Assembly (NCBI GenBank): GCA_013265495.1
Contig: MU058781.1
Coordinates: 8,785,009 to 8,849,008, forward strand
Source of the DNA: Vicugna vicugna
Taxonomy: Eukaryota
Length of the DNA stretch: 64,000 nt
Direction of reading: 5' to 3'
Below the pieces are notes generated by a model that was not told the DNA's origin, searched no databases, and saw only the letters and a program-made list of their open reading frames with translations. Both the position numbers and the translations under genes were made by a program. Positions 25,850-39,099 of the stretch are shown here, piece after piece (the first letter of the stretch is position 1; the number at the start of each line of letters is the position of its first letter).

Positions 25850-26600
25850 CAAGCCAGTGATATTGGTTACTAAGTACTATGATGTTTTGAGGAATACTTT
25901 TTATTCAATTTTATTTCTCTTAGATTGAGTCATGGCTCATCTAAAAATGTGGAAAGAAATTAATGTTATCTAGACATAAATGAAAATTTTGACAAGTTCC
26001 AGTATATTTTTCCTATAAGAATTTTAGGAAAATGACCTCATACATATTGAAGGATGTTCTGTACAGCTCTATTAAGAGCCTGAGGATGGTTTTCTACAGA
26101 TGATATCATTAGCCTGGAACAATATTGCACTTTATTTAGTAAATGGAATGAAAAACATACAGAAGGAATTGATGAATAACATCAAGATGGGAGAAATTGG
26201 TGGCATCAAAAGAATAAAAGAATGTAAATTAACTGTAGAAGATTTCGTCCAAAACATCAACAGGTGTATAGTAAGTTGACTGTAAAATTGTTTCTGTAAA
26301 GAATTGAGGCTTGGCACTAACCCTGCAGTTGGCAGGGAGGAGGGGTGGAGAGGCTGCAGACATCTGGTCAGCACTCTTGGATTATGTCAAGGATATGTTG
26401 TTCTTGTAAGAGTTAACATTACTTTGGGGTAAACTAAATAAGTATTGAGAAATAATTCTTCTATTACACTGTGGAGAAATTCAGTGAAAATGGTTTAGAA
26501 AAAGAGACCTCTGAGAAAAATTAAAAGAAATTGAAATAGTTTGATTTAAGCAGAAGAACCAAGAGATTAGGAGTTATAAGGAGAAGAGACACCAGCTGTT
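25850..26600 (+). mobile_element. Ancient CR1/L3 LINE ORF2 fragment
   Basis: Colinear degenerate matches to recalled L3 RT landmarks: aagccagtgatattggttactaag, tatctagac..aattttgacaagtt (YLDFxKAFDKV), gaaaaacatacagaagg..aacatcaagatgggag, and gagaaaaattaaaagaaattgaaatagtttgatt (EERLKELGMF). Confidence 0.5.
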
Positions 26601-28599
26601 CTCCATTTCTGTTAACAGAGAGTAAGAATAAATGGATATTAATGAGAGTAGAAAATATGCCAGTTGGTTGTAATAGTACCAGAAAGAAAAAGGAGAACCT
26701 ATTCTTAGAAATTCTGAATACAGTATATAATTGCATCTGGTAATAACTGTATGTACTCATTTGATAAATACATATTGAATATCTTCCTTAGAAAGATTTA
26801 ATGTTAGGTACTGATTCTTGTTTGAATACAAGAGACTAGGGTCCAGAAATACAGTATCCCCCCTAGTTCTATAACTTTCTTGAAAGTAGTTAGCAGGCTA
26901 AATTGGGCTTCTTGAGAAATGGAGAAACCTGTATGATATCCATTTAGTGAGGAAATGATCAATATCTTACATAGAGAGTCAAGAATAGAAAGGTTCTATA
27001 GAGTTAGTCACCATTTGATGTCAATTAAACTGACCTTCATATCTACATGTCTTCTGCATATTCCTTAAGAAATGTCAAGAGAAGCAAGAGAAGTTTAGTA
27101 ATGTGGCTCATATTTTCTTTGTCATTATTTACAGTGTATTATGTACACAGTGTAATCCGTCAGCCAACTTTAATTTCATAAGCTATTCATTATGTTTAAA
27201 CAGTGCCTTTCTTATATTAAATATGTATGGCAGTCTTTGAGAAGAATACATTAAAATGGCAGATGGGGGTCGTTTTAAACATTACCTTGATTGAAGGCAA
27301 GGGACCCCCTTGCAAATTTATAGTGTGCTTTCAAGGAAAGTTCGCAATATCTGGTAATAACCCAAGGAAGCAAGAATTCCACCAATTCCCAGCACTGTGA
27401 TTTCAGAAAGCAATGGCTGCAAACAATCTTCATGCTTCAGCACTTCCCATTTTGAAATTGTTTGCAAGGGCAGTGAAGAATGGTGAACAAAAACGTTTAC
27501 AGTTGTATTGCCTATTAATAATTCAATAGGAGTACACCTATTTTGCATTAATATTACTTTTTCATTGATTTTTTTTAAAATCACAGTAGCAAAGATAAGT
27601 GGAAAATCAAATTTTTGATATATGTTGGATGAGAAGATAGGTCCTGAACTCTAGAATTCTGGAACTTGAAGTATACTCTGGGAATCACACCCTAGGTTTC
27701 CTAAAGGTGGAATGTGTTTTTTCGCTTTACTGTTTTCTCTTTGTCTTGGTAACCAATAAGCCTGAATAATGGTTATTTATTAAAAATGTTAACCAGGAAA
27801 ATGATTGATTTTTTTCCCTTGAGAATGATGTCTTCTAGTTTAAACTTGGACAAACAATATATCTTTAATTACATCACCTTCTTTAATAGTCACCATAAAA
27901 TCTGCTCTCTTTAATAGGAGCTTTGCTGAATAGAAGATTAAATCTGTGAATTTTTATTAAAACCTTACATGATTATTTATCACTGTCTCATTTGACTGTT
28001 GATAGTTGAGATGCTTCTTCCCTAACCATTCTTGTTGTCTTTTTCTAAGTAAACAGCCTGCATTTGATGTAAAAGGGAAATGACTGTCTCTGCAAAACTT
28101 ATCTTAGCTTTAACCAACTATTTCATTCATGTTTGGTGAGAGCTTTGAAATTATGCAGAGAGAAATTATGACTTGTAGTACTTAAGCCACTTGCCAATCA
28201 GTGCTGGCCGTCCTTGGCTGATAAAGTGATCACTTTACAATTACATAGAATGTTGGGGTATGTGTGGGTACCATGAGCAGCCTGATAATTTCAGGATTCC
28301 TTTAAAATGTATATTTTTCAAGTAATTGTCCAACAGTTACTGAGCGGGGATGTGAAGCAACTGATTTTCTAGTGGTGAAAATTGTGTATCTTTTTTTTTT
28401 AATGGTTTGTTATGTGTACAGACTGTAGCATCACAATTTAATATATAGTTGAAGGGTTTTTCCACGTATGTTCTTTTAAGAATCTATGAATCCTCTGAAA
28501 TACCAAGCAAAATGTTGTATTGGCTTTTTTTCTGGATAGGAATCTATAACTTCCATCAGTGTCAAAGGGTATCTCTAACCCAAAGATGTTGAGCTAAAT

Positions 28600-28720
28600 A
28601 GCCTGGTCTAATCTCCTTATTTTCCAGATGAAGAAACTGAAATGCAGCAAAATCAAGTGACTTATTTAAAGAGAGACGATATTGGAAGAGCTGCAGTTAA
28701 AATCCTTTCTTCTACTTTAG
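28600..28720 (-). mobile_element. MIR/MIR3 fragment (preceded by a probable hAT-Charlie fragment ~28480-28595)
   Basis: ggtctaatctccttattttccagatgaagaaactgaa...aagtgactt. Confidence 0.65.
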
Positions 28721-30539
28721 ACTGTCCCTTAGGTTTCCAATATTCTTTTAAAAGTTAGGTACTCAGAACTTGGACTTGAAAAAAATCATGGGCCTTTTCC
28801 CTACAAAAATCTGTTTAATCCAAAATACATGTGAGCTAGAGACCTGGACTCGTAATATCTCAGGGATGTTGTTTTGAGTTCCATCTTAGCTTGGAGATAC
28901 TGTTTATAAAAGCCAGCCAATATTCGTTACAGCTTGTAAGAGAAAGTAAGGCCTCTCCTCCTCTGCCTGATTTTAACCCTGTGCAGTGGGACTGGAGATT
29001 CTCCTTCTTCTAGCATGTGTTGGGTAAATCTTGACAGTTCCAGATAATAAGGAGGATTCCCAGTAGACATTGAAAGGATCCATATTTAAAGGCTGAAACT
29101 TTGTGGGATAACCTTCCTGTAAGGATGCTGATAATAGATGTATGCAACCACTCATTTGTTGGATTTTCTTTGGGGGTGCTTCAGGTTTCTTGGGGCACAT
29201 AAAAATACTACCCCATTCTTTCTGATAATAAAGGCTAGCCTTGGGAGCAAGGATAACAGTTACCAGTGCAGCGCAACATAGGAGAAAATGGAAGGGAGAA
29301 CCCCAAAGAGCAGGTGGAGATGGTCCCCAGCAGGAGCAGTAGTAGGGAAAGTAAGATACAGTCAAGGAGGCAGTGCAATGCGGATGTACTAACAAGAATA
29401 ATTACTCATGAGGAAGGAATGATAGCGCATTGGATGTTTCCTGTTTAATCTTAATCCTATTTAGTTTTTAAATCTTCCTGATTATTTTGATGTTAGTAAC
29501 AGTGATTTTTGCTTTGTATTTGGCCTTTCTTTAACATTCATAATCATTGAGACAGGGTTTTTGTTTTTCTGTAACAGGCAGGACATGGGCTAGATTTATT
29601 TATTTTTATTTTTAATTTTTGTTGGCTAACTCCATCCCTGAACATCTGCCGCCATCTACCTCACTGATCAGTGGCAAGTGTCTTCTTCCTCACTGGCAGC
29701 TGCTCATGGCCCCTTCCTGCACATCATGAAGGACCAACTCACATCAATGTCTCCTCCTTGGACCCCAAAGAACACAAGGAAAAATGGGTAGAGATTTGGC
29801 ACATTAGTTTTTAAAGGGTGTCAGCTCTTGGCTTGAGATTTTAGTGCTTGTTTAAATACTCTGAAACTATATTTTCTTTTTTCCTTTAATTTTAACTTGT
29901 CTTCATAAAGTTTGTTTTCAAAAAAATTTATCAAGTTGGTTTGGATTTTACAGATCAAAAGTGTAAGTGATCTCTGTACTTCTTTCTTGACAAAAAGTGC
30001 CAAGAAAAGCTGCATTAAAACAACAAATCTAATTTTAAAAACACTTAATGAGTTAAAAAGCAGACTCAAACCAAACTAATGAAAGCTATTTAAGAGAAGT
30101 CAGTTGAAGTGGTTTTAAGCATTTATTTCATTGCTTATTTAACTCCTTGGCTGTTCACACTATAAATGTGAATTTGAGAAAAATTAACTTGTTTTTGAAC
30201 TCTATAAAAAGTATTTTTTCCTTTTAATTAACTTTATTGTTTTTTAAAGCCCTGCATCCAGCTCTATTTCTGTGCTTGGGTAGTTCCCATTTGCAAATGG
30301 GGCAATTTCTGCATTTAGGTCTGAACAGGCTATGCCACAATTACCCTTTTTATTGTAACTTCAGTATCAAAGAAGTAGTTTTTGTCTGCAAATGGGAATT
30401 CAGAGGATTCAAGTGCCTTAGTAAACATACTGTCATTTCCAATTTCCAAAGGCAGCGGCCCCTGGTCCCGCAAACGAAACCCGTGCAGAGCCCAGGAATG
30501 GATGCGTAGCTCCTCATCGTTACTGTGGTATTCCGCGTA

Positions 30540-30770
30540 GCAGTAACGGTTGCTAGCGTTCGTTGCGTACTCTGTGCCAGGCGGAGTGGGAATTGCTCTG
30601 TGTGGACCATCTCATTTATCTCTGCATCACCCCTGTAAGATGCGGGTGTGATTGTCTTCATCCCACAGCCGAGGAAACCTGAGCTCTGAGTCATGTAGTT
30701 AACTTACTCACGGCTACCCAGCCAGTAAGTGGCAGAGCCAGAATTCTCACCCAGGCTGACCCTGAAGCTT
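30540..30770 (-). mobile_element. MIR SINE (unusually CpG-rich)
   Basis: tactctgtgccaggc; atctcatttatc; gaggaaacctgag; cagccagtaagtggcagagccagaattc. Confidence 0.8.
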
Positions 30771-32109
30771 GTTGTCACATGAGCATCTGTGCTCTACTGA
30801 TACATGGGGATGTGCCACTATTGTTCTATGTGTACATATATGTATAGTTTTCTTAGTTATAGGTCATCTTTGGAGTCACTTTGATTTAGAGGAGTAAGGA
30901 TACATAGGATTTGGCCTCACAACATCAGGTCCTGGGCTGGGTTCTTTACTGGAAAATTTGCTGTCATTGAATTGTCACAATCCACTGTCACTCTGCCTAC
31001 TTTACAGACAAGACATAGGAAATTTTAATGTGGTCATTGTCACTGGCTAGAAAGAGGCCAGCCCAGGGGTTTAGAACCTGGTCTGGCAGCTGGCTTTCTC
31101 CAAACAAAGCTCTTTTTCTATTTCTGGGTAAGAACTATCAGACAAGCTACGCAAAGGGGTTGAAGTACAGATGAGACTACTTGTTTTGTTCATTTTGTTT
31201 TAATTTAATGTGTGGTGCTATTTTTCCTCTGTGACATCTGAGTATCTTTAGAACACTTTCTATAAAATTATTGCCTAATAATTTTATGCATGTTTGCCAC
31301 AGAAATATCGGAAAAATTTGCCCTTTCCTAGAAGGTTAAATATTTGAAACATTTCCCTTCTTTCTGCCCCATCCCTTTCCTTCCTTTAGCAAATATTAGC
31401 TAAGTAGTTATTATGTGCAGTAGTCATCATACGAAAAGCTGGGAGCACCCACATGACTGGAACACATACCGTGACCTGGAAGAACCTCCAGATACTTTTT
31501 GAGCAACCACTGTGTGCTGCTTGCTTTGAAGTTTATAAATAAAGGAGTAAAAATTCATGAAATCTTCAGGGGGTTAATTTTACAGTATAGGTTATCTCAC
31601 ATATTTAGTATACATATCAAACGGTGAGGTCCTTCTCTGTGCTGTAGTGCCCAAACAACCATAAATTCTTGCCACTGTATCACCTGTTACCTCCCCCGAT
31701 GCTGTGTTTCTTTCCGACTGCAGTGGAGAGCCTCCACATCCTGATGACACGTGCACCATTTGCAAGCTCTTTTTAAGACTCTGCAAGCCTGTATTCCTTT
31801 GGGGGATCAATAATTGGGAAGTAGGAAATCATAGTGTGTCAATGCAGAAAGGGAATTTTTAAAGTCTTTAAAGGATGTGCAAATCTTTTCTATTTTTTTA
31901 GAATTTTGATAATGTATTTAATTGTTGTTGCTGTATACTCACATGAAGCCAAACCTACTGTTTCTCCAAGTGTGTTTATCAGTATCACCGGAGTACATGA
32001 TCTGAGACATCAACCCATTAGAATCTTGCCCACCCTGCTTGAATATTTCATCTGCTTTGTAAGTGGTTCTTAAGCCTGGTAGCACTTAAGAACTATTTTC
32101 TTGTTGATT

Positions 32110-32530
32110 TTGTATGTATTTAAGCAGAAGCAAAAGAAACTCTGTTTTGAGTAAGAAAGAAATTACAGATGGATACTCCATGACTTGTGAGCCCTAAAGG
32201 AAGCCTCAGTAGATCTCTGTAAATTGAGCTGAAATGGTGTCATCTGGCCCCGAAGACCTGCCTGCCTTAGCATGGTAGTTTCTTCAGTGATTGTAAGTAG
32301 GATGAGACCAGGTTCCCCCAGCCTCAGATTCCAGAGTTTTGAAAAGTCTCACTTTTTAAATGATCTAATTTCCCAAACAACACCAAAAAATATTCCCTTA
32401 AAGGAAAACGGAAGGAGAATATTTTTCTGCTTAGTTCTAAAGAGATCTCTTTTTCTGATAAATTCATGTAATCTTCACAGACCTCTCCTAAGGGAACCCC
32501 TATGACCAGTGATACACGTGCTGTGAGCCG
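32110..32530 (-). mobile_element. Possible old MaLR LTR (MLT1J/K-like)
   Basis: gcaaaagaaactctgttttgagtaagaaag start and general composition; very degenerate. Confidence 0.35.
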
Positions 32531-33696
32531 TCCCCTCTACTAGATATTTTTGTGTTACTGAATTTAACAGTTATTTATTCTTAAGTCAGTTAAATAACTT
32601 GCCCAAAGATACTGAGTTAATCAGCAGAGAACCTAGGACTCAATTCTTGATTAGCTGAATTTTTAAAACATGTCTTCCTAAGTCAAGAAAAATGGAAGAC
32701 AGTGCTTTCCACTTTGAGTCCAACACAAGAAAAATTCCATCCAGTGAAGCCACCATCCTTCCACAGTTACCAGCAGAGCAGCACTGAGTGAAAGGACTTT
32801 ACCCTGAAAGAGAGGTCATCTCCTTTCTGAATTTAAGTGTTGACCTTACCTGTGGGAATATAGTACCCTTTGCCTCGGGGCAGTAAGGTAATTATTTTGG
32901 TTTTAAAGGTCTTTCTTTCTGGCATTTACAGGATTAGAATAAACAGAGGTAATGTTTATGTCAACAATGTTATTTAGCCAAATAGGTGACACTGTCAATG
33001 TGAAAGGTAGATGAGCATTGACTCCAAGACAGTGATGAGACATTTATAAACTAAAACTAGGGACTCAAAATTAAGAATGCCTCTGTAACTGTAACTTTAG
33101 CACATTTGCCTGAATGTTATAATATATTCACTGTAAAGTCTAGAAGCCTTATAAATATATGACTGGCAGTTGCCTCAGGCAGAAATCTTTTACTGATGCA
33201 ATGAGATAAAAGTAATTAAGCTACATGTAGGCTGATGCATAATTAAATCCATGTGAAGCATTTTGTAACTAATTGCTGTGTTCTAATCACAGATTGCTTT
33301 CTATTTGTCAAGGTAAGTGTATATAATTACACAGTCGTTATTTTCTTTAATCTGAAATCATCCCAGTTGGGTGAATATTTTTAAGCACTCTGAATCTTAG
33401 AATATCTGCTACATTTCTTGCATAAAGATAATTTGCATATTTTCTAATTTGAGGGCCTTTTATAATAAAATAGCTGTTAGTGCCACTGACAGCAATTTTG
33501 TGGTCAGTAGAGATTTCTACAGTCTAGGTTCATTGTTCATTTTTATTTTTTTAATAGTAAAGCTGGTTTGTTATTTATTGAACGCCAGTAATGTTCAAAG
33601 CATTATATGGGCTGTGATACAAATCACAGTAGTTTGAAAAGACCAAGGATCAGTAAGTGCTGTGAAAGGATTTCACTCTAAAATGCAACCAGAAGA

Positions 33697-34756
33697 GTAT
33701 CATGTCATCTGCAAACAGTGACAGTTTACTACTTCTTTTACAATTTAGATTTCTTTTATAGCTTTTTCTTCTCTGATTGCTGTGTCTAGAACTTCCACAA
33801 CTGTTGAATAAAAGTGTCAAGAATGGGCATCCTTGTCTTATTCCTAATCTTTGAGGAAATGCTTACAGCTTTTCATCATTGAGAATGATGTTAACTGTGG
33901 GCGTGTCATATATGGCCTTCATTGTGGTTTTTTTTTTTTTCTTTTTCTTTTTTTTTCTTTCATTATGTTGAGGTATGTTCCCTATGCACACTTTCAGGAG
34001 AGTTTTTATCATATATAGATTTTGAATTTTATCAAAAGCTTTTTCTGCATCTATTGAAATGAGCATGTGGCTTTTATTCTTCAGTTTGTTAATATGGTAT
34101 AACACACTGATTTGTGGGTATTGAAAAATCCTTGCATGCTGATACAAAGCCCACTGGATCATGGTGTATGATCCTTTTAATGTATTGTTTGATTTGGTTT
34201 GCTTGTATTTTGTCCAGGATTTTTGCATCTATGTTCATTAGTGATATTGGCCTCTTAATTTTCTTTTTTTGTGATATCTTTGTCTAGTTTTGGTATCAGG
34301 GCCATGATTGCTTTATAGAACAAGTTTGAAAGTTTTCCTTCCTCTGGAAGTTTTTGGAATAGCTTTAGAAGGATAGGTGCTGACTCTTCCCTGAGTGTTT
34401 GGTAGAGTTTGCTCATGAAGCCATCTGGTCCTGGACTTTGGTTTGTTGGGAGTTTTTAAATTACTGATTCAGTTTCACTGGTAATTGGTCTGTTTTTTCC
34501 TGGTTCAATCTTGGGAGATGTCCCTTTCTAAGAATTTGTTTCTTCTGGGTTGTCTGTTTTATTGGCATACAGTTGCTCGTTCTAGTCTCTCATGGTCCTT
34601 TGTATTTCTGTGATGTCTGTTGTAACTTCTCCTTTTTCATTTCCGATTTATTGATATGGGCCCTCTCCCTTTTTTCTTCATGAGTCTCTGTCTAAAGATT
34701 TATCAGCTTTGTTTGTCTTTTCAAAGAACCATCTTTTAGTTTTATTGATCTTTTAA
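33697..34756 (-). mobile_element. L1 ORF2 fragment (EN-RT linker and RT N-terminus)
   Basis: Minus-strand [28 protein letters not shown]; gaagccatctggtcctggacttt; tttcaaagaacca. Confidence 0.93.
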
Positions 34757-35750
34757 TTGACATTGATACAATACTATTATGTAATCTATAGACTCTATTC
34801 AAATTTCACCCATTGTCCCACTAAAATCCTTTTTCTGGTTCAGGATCCAATCCAGGATCTCATATTACATTTAGTTATCATGTTTCCTGAGTTTCTTCCC
34901 CTCCAATCTACAATAGTACCTTTGCCTTTCTTTATCGTTCATAACGTTGTTATTTTTTAAAATTACTGGCCAGTTATTTAAAAGAACCTCTCAATTTGGA
35001 TTTGTCTGCTGTTTCAACATTATTAAATTCAGATTATGTGTTTTTGGCAAGAATACAACTAAAGTGATGTCCACTTTTCAGGGCCTTCAAATAGATGATG
35101 CTGAGATGTCTCATTAAAGGTGGGTTTAATTTCTATCACTTAATGAAGGTGACAATCTGCCAGATTTCTCTACTGCAAAGTTACTGTTTTTCTCAGATAG
35201 CAGGTATCTTATGGGGATATACAGGACTATGCAAATAACCTGTGTATCCTCATACTTTCTTTTGTCCACTGACTTGAACATTCACTGATGATTCTTAACT
35301 CCAATGATTATCACTGTGGTGTATGTCAATTGGCGATTTTTCTCTTTCCTTTCACAGTTAGTAATTGGAATTACAATATAAGGAGGAGCTGTGTCTCCTA
35401 TTTGTTTTTTTTTCAAATACTTATTTATGTAAGTATGGATTTATGAATATTTACTCTATTCTGTACTTTGAATTTCATTATCATTTATATTATTGCTCAA
35501 ATTTTCCCCAATTTGCCATTGAGCACATCCTCAAATTGGCTTCTGTGTTCTTTTGTTATAGTATCAATTTTTTGAACACTTTCTTCCTTTCTGGCACCAG
35601 AAAATGTTTCAGGCTCTTCTTGTACTTTACTTACCCAGGCCTGGGATCTACCATTTCTCCAAGCAACTGTTGTTTTTAGGGGAGAATGGTGTTTAGAAAA
35701 TACAATCTGGTTATTAGTTGCACTCGTTGCTTCTGGGGTATCATCTTCTG
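34757..35750 (-). mobile_element. Old L1 3' UTR (L1MC4/5-class)
   Basis: ttgacattgatacaatactatta; caggatccaatccaggatc..cattt agtt; tttttggcaagaatac; ccatttctccaag. Confidence 0.8.
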
Positions 35751-36344
35751 GCTTGATCTTTTACATTTCGAATGTGTGGAGTTCTGTTGAAACTTAAAAA
35801 AAGTACACTTCTGTGTAAACTAATGATATTCAAGTAATTCTCTAGTGAAACTCTGCTTTTTTCCTGTTCAAATAATGCTGTTTTCTTTTTCCTCATTTCA
35901 GAAGGAAAATATTAAGTTAATGAATAGAATTATCTTCATTTTCAGTGTTTTTCAGAAAATTTTTTCTCATTGTTTTGGTGGCTACCTTCTATTGGCTAGA
36001 TATATAAAAGATGACAAATTGGTGCGTAAGTAGAAAACAAGTATCAACAGAAGCTCAAGTAATTTATTATGATTATTTTTACAATCTGTTTTGTATTTTT
36101 TCTAAGTATATATATTCAATATATTTTAGGCATTTTCTGATTGTTCAGTTTTCTGTTGTAGTGGGAAAAGCATTTATATTTTGTGTTCTGTGTGAAATAC
36201 TGTGACTTTCTTGTGTTCCTGCCATTTACACAGATCTGAGAACTGAAATTGTGGTCTCCTAGTTCAGTCCCACGTGTTCTCATCCCTGCATCACCTTCTC
36301 CTTCTCCACCGCTTCAGGTTTTCTTTTCTTCCTATCTTTTTATT

Positions 36345-36540
36345 AATTGAATAAGTCAATCAACAAATATTCATGGGATGCCTCTGAAGTGTCAGGCACT
36401 GGTCTACTGCAGGAGATACATCAGCGAAGAGAACAAGTGAAAATCTCAATCTTACTGTAGTTTTTCTCCTGGTAGGAGGTATGGTAGAGAGACAATACAC
36501 AATAGACATAATTAGAAGCAAATTATAGTGTGTTAGAAAG
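36345..36540 (-). mobile_element. LINE-2 3' end
   Basis: tcaacaaatattcatgggatgcct..gtgtcaggcactg..gcaggagataca. Confidence 0.7.
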
Positions 36541-37756
36541 AGAGATTTCCCTCCGTATTTCTTTCTGCCTGCTCCTCCCTACTGTGCTATTCGCTGAGTA
36601 ATTTCTCTCCATGGATACTGTTGGAGATCTTTAAAATAAACAGTGAATGAAAGAGACCCTCTCTAGGACCTCAGCTTAATCCCCAACCACCTGAAGTCAC
36701 ATGAAATAACACAAAAGAACTAGGAAATTTCAGAATACAGAGTCAAATTGTTTTTCACAGGTTTTTTAAAGAATATGTGAACTCAAGTTTGAAGTACTGA
36801 AATTGTGTTTCCTGGAAGAGATTTTGCAGACTTAGTAGAAGTAAATTAAAGTATTTAAAAAACTTAACCAACTTACTTATAAAAAATAAAGTGATTTTAC
36901 TATAATTGGCTGAGTTTGGGCCAGTGCAATTACCACAAGTACTCTGTTCTCTTTTTAAATCATTTCTCCATTGTTAGAAAATCTCACAGTAATATATTGG
37001 CTGCAAGCATGGAGGAAAAGGTGGAGAGTTTCCTTGTAATAGTTTCATGCAGGGGGACTGAGGGATGGCGAATGTGGGTTTTTATTATGTTAGCATAAGT
37101 ACTTTGGTGATAATTCATTTTTCCCCAAAGAAGAGAAGTTGTGTAAGTCAGACTTGGAAATGAGGAGCTTTTTAAAGGATTTCTGTTTAACTCATGTGTT
37201 GGTTAATGATAGATGAGTCACAAACCTCACCCATTTTCTATGTTTGCTTCCTCATTTTTAAGTTATAAGGTAAATAATGGTTTACAGTTAGAGGCAATTT
37301 GTAAATCTTTAAATATATCAAAGTTGGGAATGCTATTTGTAAACATATGTATATGTATTAGTGATGAGAATTAAGGATTCAAGGAACTTTTAAGTATGGT
37401 TTTAAATAGAATAATCTTTCCTTTTTTAATAGCGTGGAGTATATAAAATGTACATGTCAAAAATGACTTAAACATAATACACAAAATGTACTAGAATTGG
37501 AAGTTTGCTAGTGGTATTTTTTATTTAATATTTTTCATATTTTAATAAAACAGCAAAAATAAATAAAAACAAACATAAGTAAATGAAGTGTCAAATGTAT
37601 AGAGTATCTTGTAGCTGTTATTAATCAGTTATCTAACTGAAGAGTTTTCAGTTTCTCTTGATTAATTATTTAGAAGGAAGTACGTTTGACTAATGATTTA
37701 AAGTTCATGTTAATTCTTTCATCTCTTCATTGTAGACAGCTGTATTGTCTATGTAA

Positions 37757-38050
37757 CGGTGCTGTACAATACAAATATAATGCAAGCCATGTATGTAATT
37801 TAAAAATTTCCAGTAGTCATATAGGAAAAGTAAAAAAAATGCAGGTTAAATTTGCTTTATAAGATTTTAATTAACCAAATATATCAAAAATCATTTCAAC
37901 TCATAATCAATATAAAAAATTCTTAATGAGATATTTATATTCTTTTTTCATATTAAGTCTTCACATTCTGTGCACTTACAGCACAACTAATCACATTTTA
38001 AGTTCTCAATAGCCACGTGTGGCTAGTGGTTATCATATTGGATAGTGCAG
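37757..38050. mobile_element. MER33 (hAT-Charlie)
   Basis: gtgctgtacaata..aaatataatgcaagcca...ctcaatagccacgtgtggctagtggttatcatattggatagtgcag. Confidence 0.85.
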
Positions 38051-38269
38051 ACTTAAACTCTTAAAGCATCTCATGCATTATTTATGCATTGTTTGGTTTT
38101 CTTCAGTGATTTCTTATTTCTAATGCTACTAAAGCTTTCTGTCTTTTGAGATTTTAGTTGCTATTTCTCATGTTGCCATAATTATAGCCAAAGTTTTATA
38201 GGTGTTCTCCTTGGATCACTGAATTGGCATAAAAAGAATTATGTTGGAATTCCTTCCTTGTAAGTTAGG

Positions 38270-38375
38270 AGGTTAATTCTTATCCCTGCTCTGCTACTGG
38301 TTATTGTATAACTTGGGCCAAGTTGCTTTACCTTTCTGATCTTTGAGAGTCTGTGTTTGTAAAATGAAGTGAATC
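38270..38375 (+). mobile_element. MIR fragment
   Basis: ctctgctact...aacttgggccaagttgcttt...ttgtaaaatg. Confidence 0.55.
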
Positions 38376-39099
38376 AAGGCTTCTGACATTTTCTAACAAG
38401 ACAATTTAAAGCCTTTATCATATCTGGGTATAATTGGAGAACCTAAATTGAGTAAGCAGGGACAAAGAAAAGGGCAAGGTCAACAGAGCTATTGGTTTGT
38501 TGTTTTCCTCAGTGTCACCAGCTAACTATATTTTGTCTTTCTTTGAAAAGCTGAATTATTGATGGTAAGAACTTATCATTTTCCCCCATGAGGTAGTTAT
38601 TTTAAAATGGCATTCTGTTTTCCCCTTAGACTAGAGGAGCGTTAACATTCTATTTTTAAATATTGAATATTAGCTACCTAGATTAGCCTCACATAGCAGA
38701 ATTTAGTAAAGGTTGTTGCACTTAATTGTGCTTGTAGAACCACTTACTGTAAAACACACTGACTTCATTGGTTGACTTAGCTTCTGAGGGATTTATGGGA
38801 AAAAAAAAGAATAAAAGATGAACTTCATCGATAGTAATCTAATCACAGGGATTACTAGTTGTCATTCAAAATTTAAATTATAAAATGTTTTAAAAATATA
38901 AAAACCTGTAGAAACAGTTAAACGCACACACAGCGATTACCAGCTGTATCACACCCTAACATTTTATTATATTCAATTCAGACTTTTTTTTTTTAATAAA
39001 GTAAGTATTACAGTGTTGAAGCCTCCTGTGTGTATCCCTCTGTGATTCCATTTCCACTCACATCTCCTCTGGAGTTAATGATTGATGATTATTCCCATG

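Noticed and set aside
27318..27584. Possible coding exon or transposase on the minus strand
   Set aside because: No family recognised and no clear splice boundaries; may be non-coding unique sequence.
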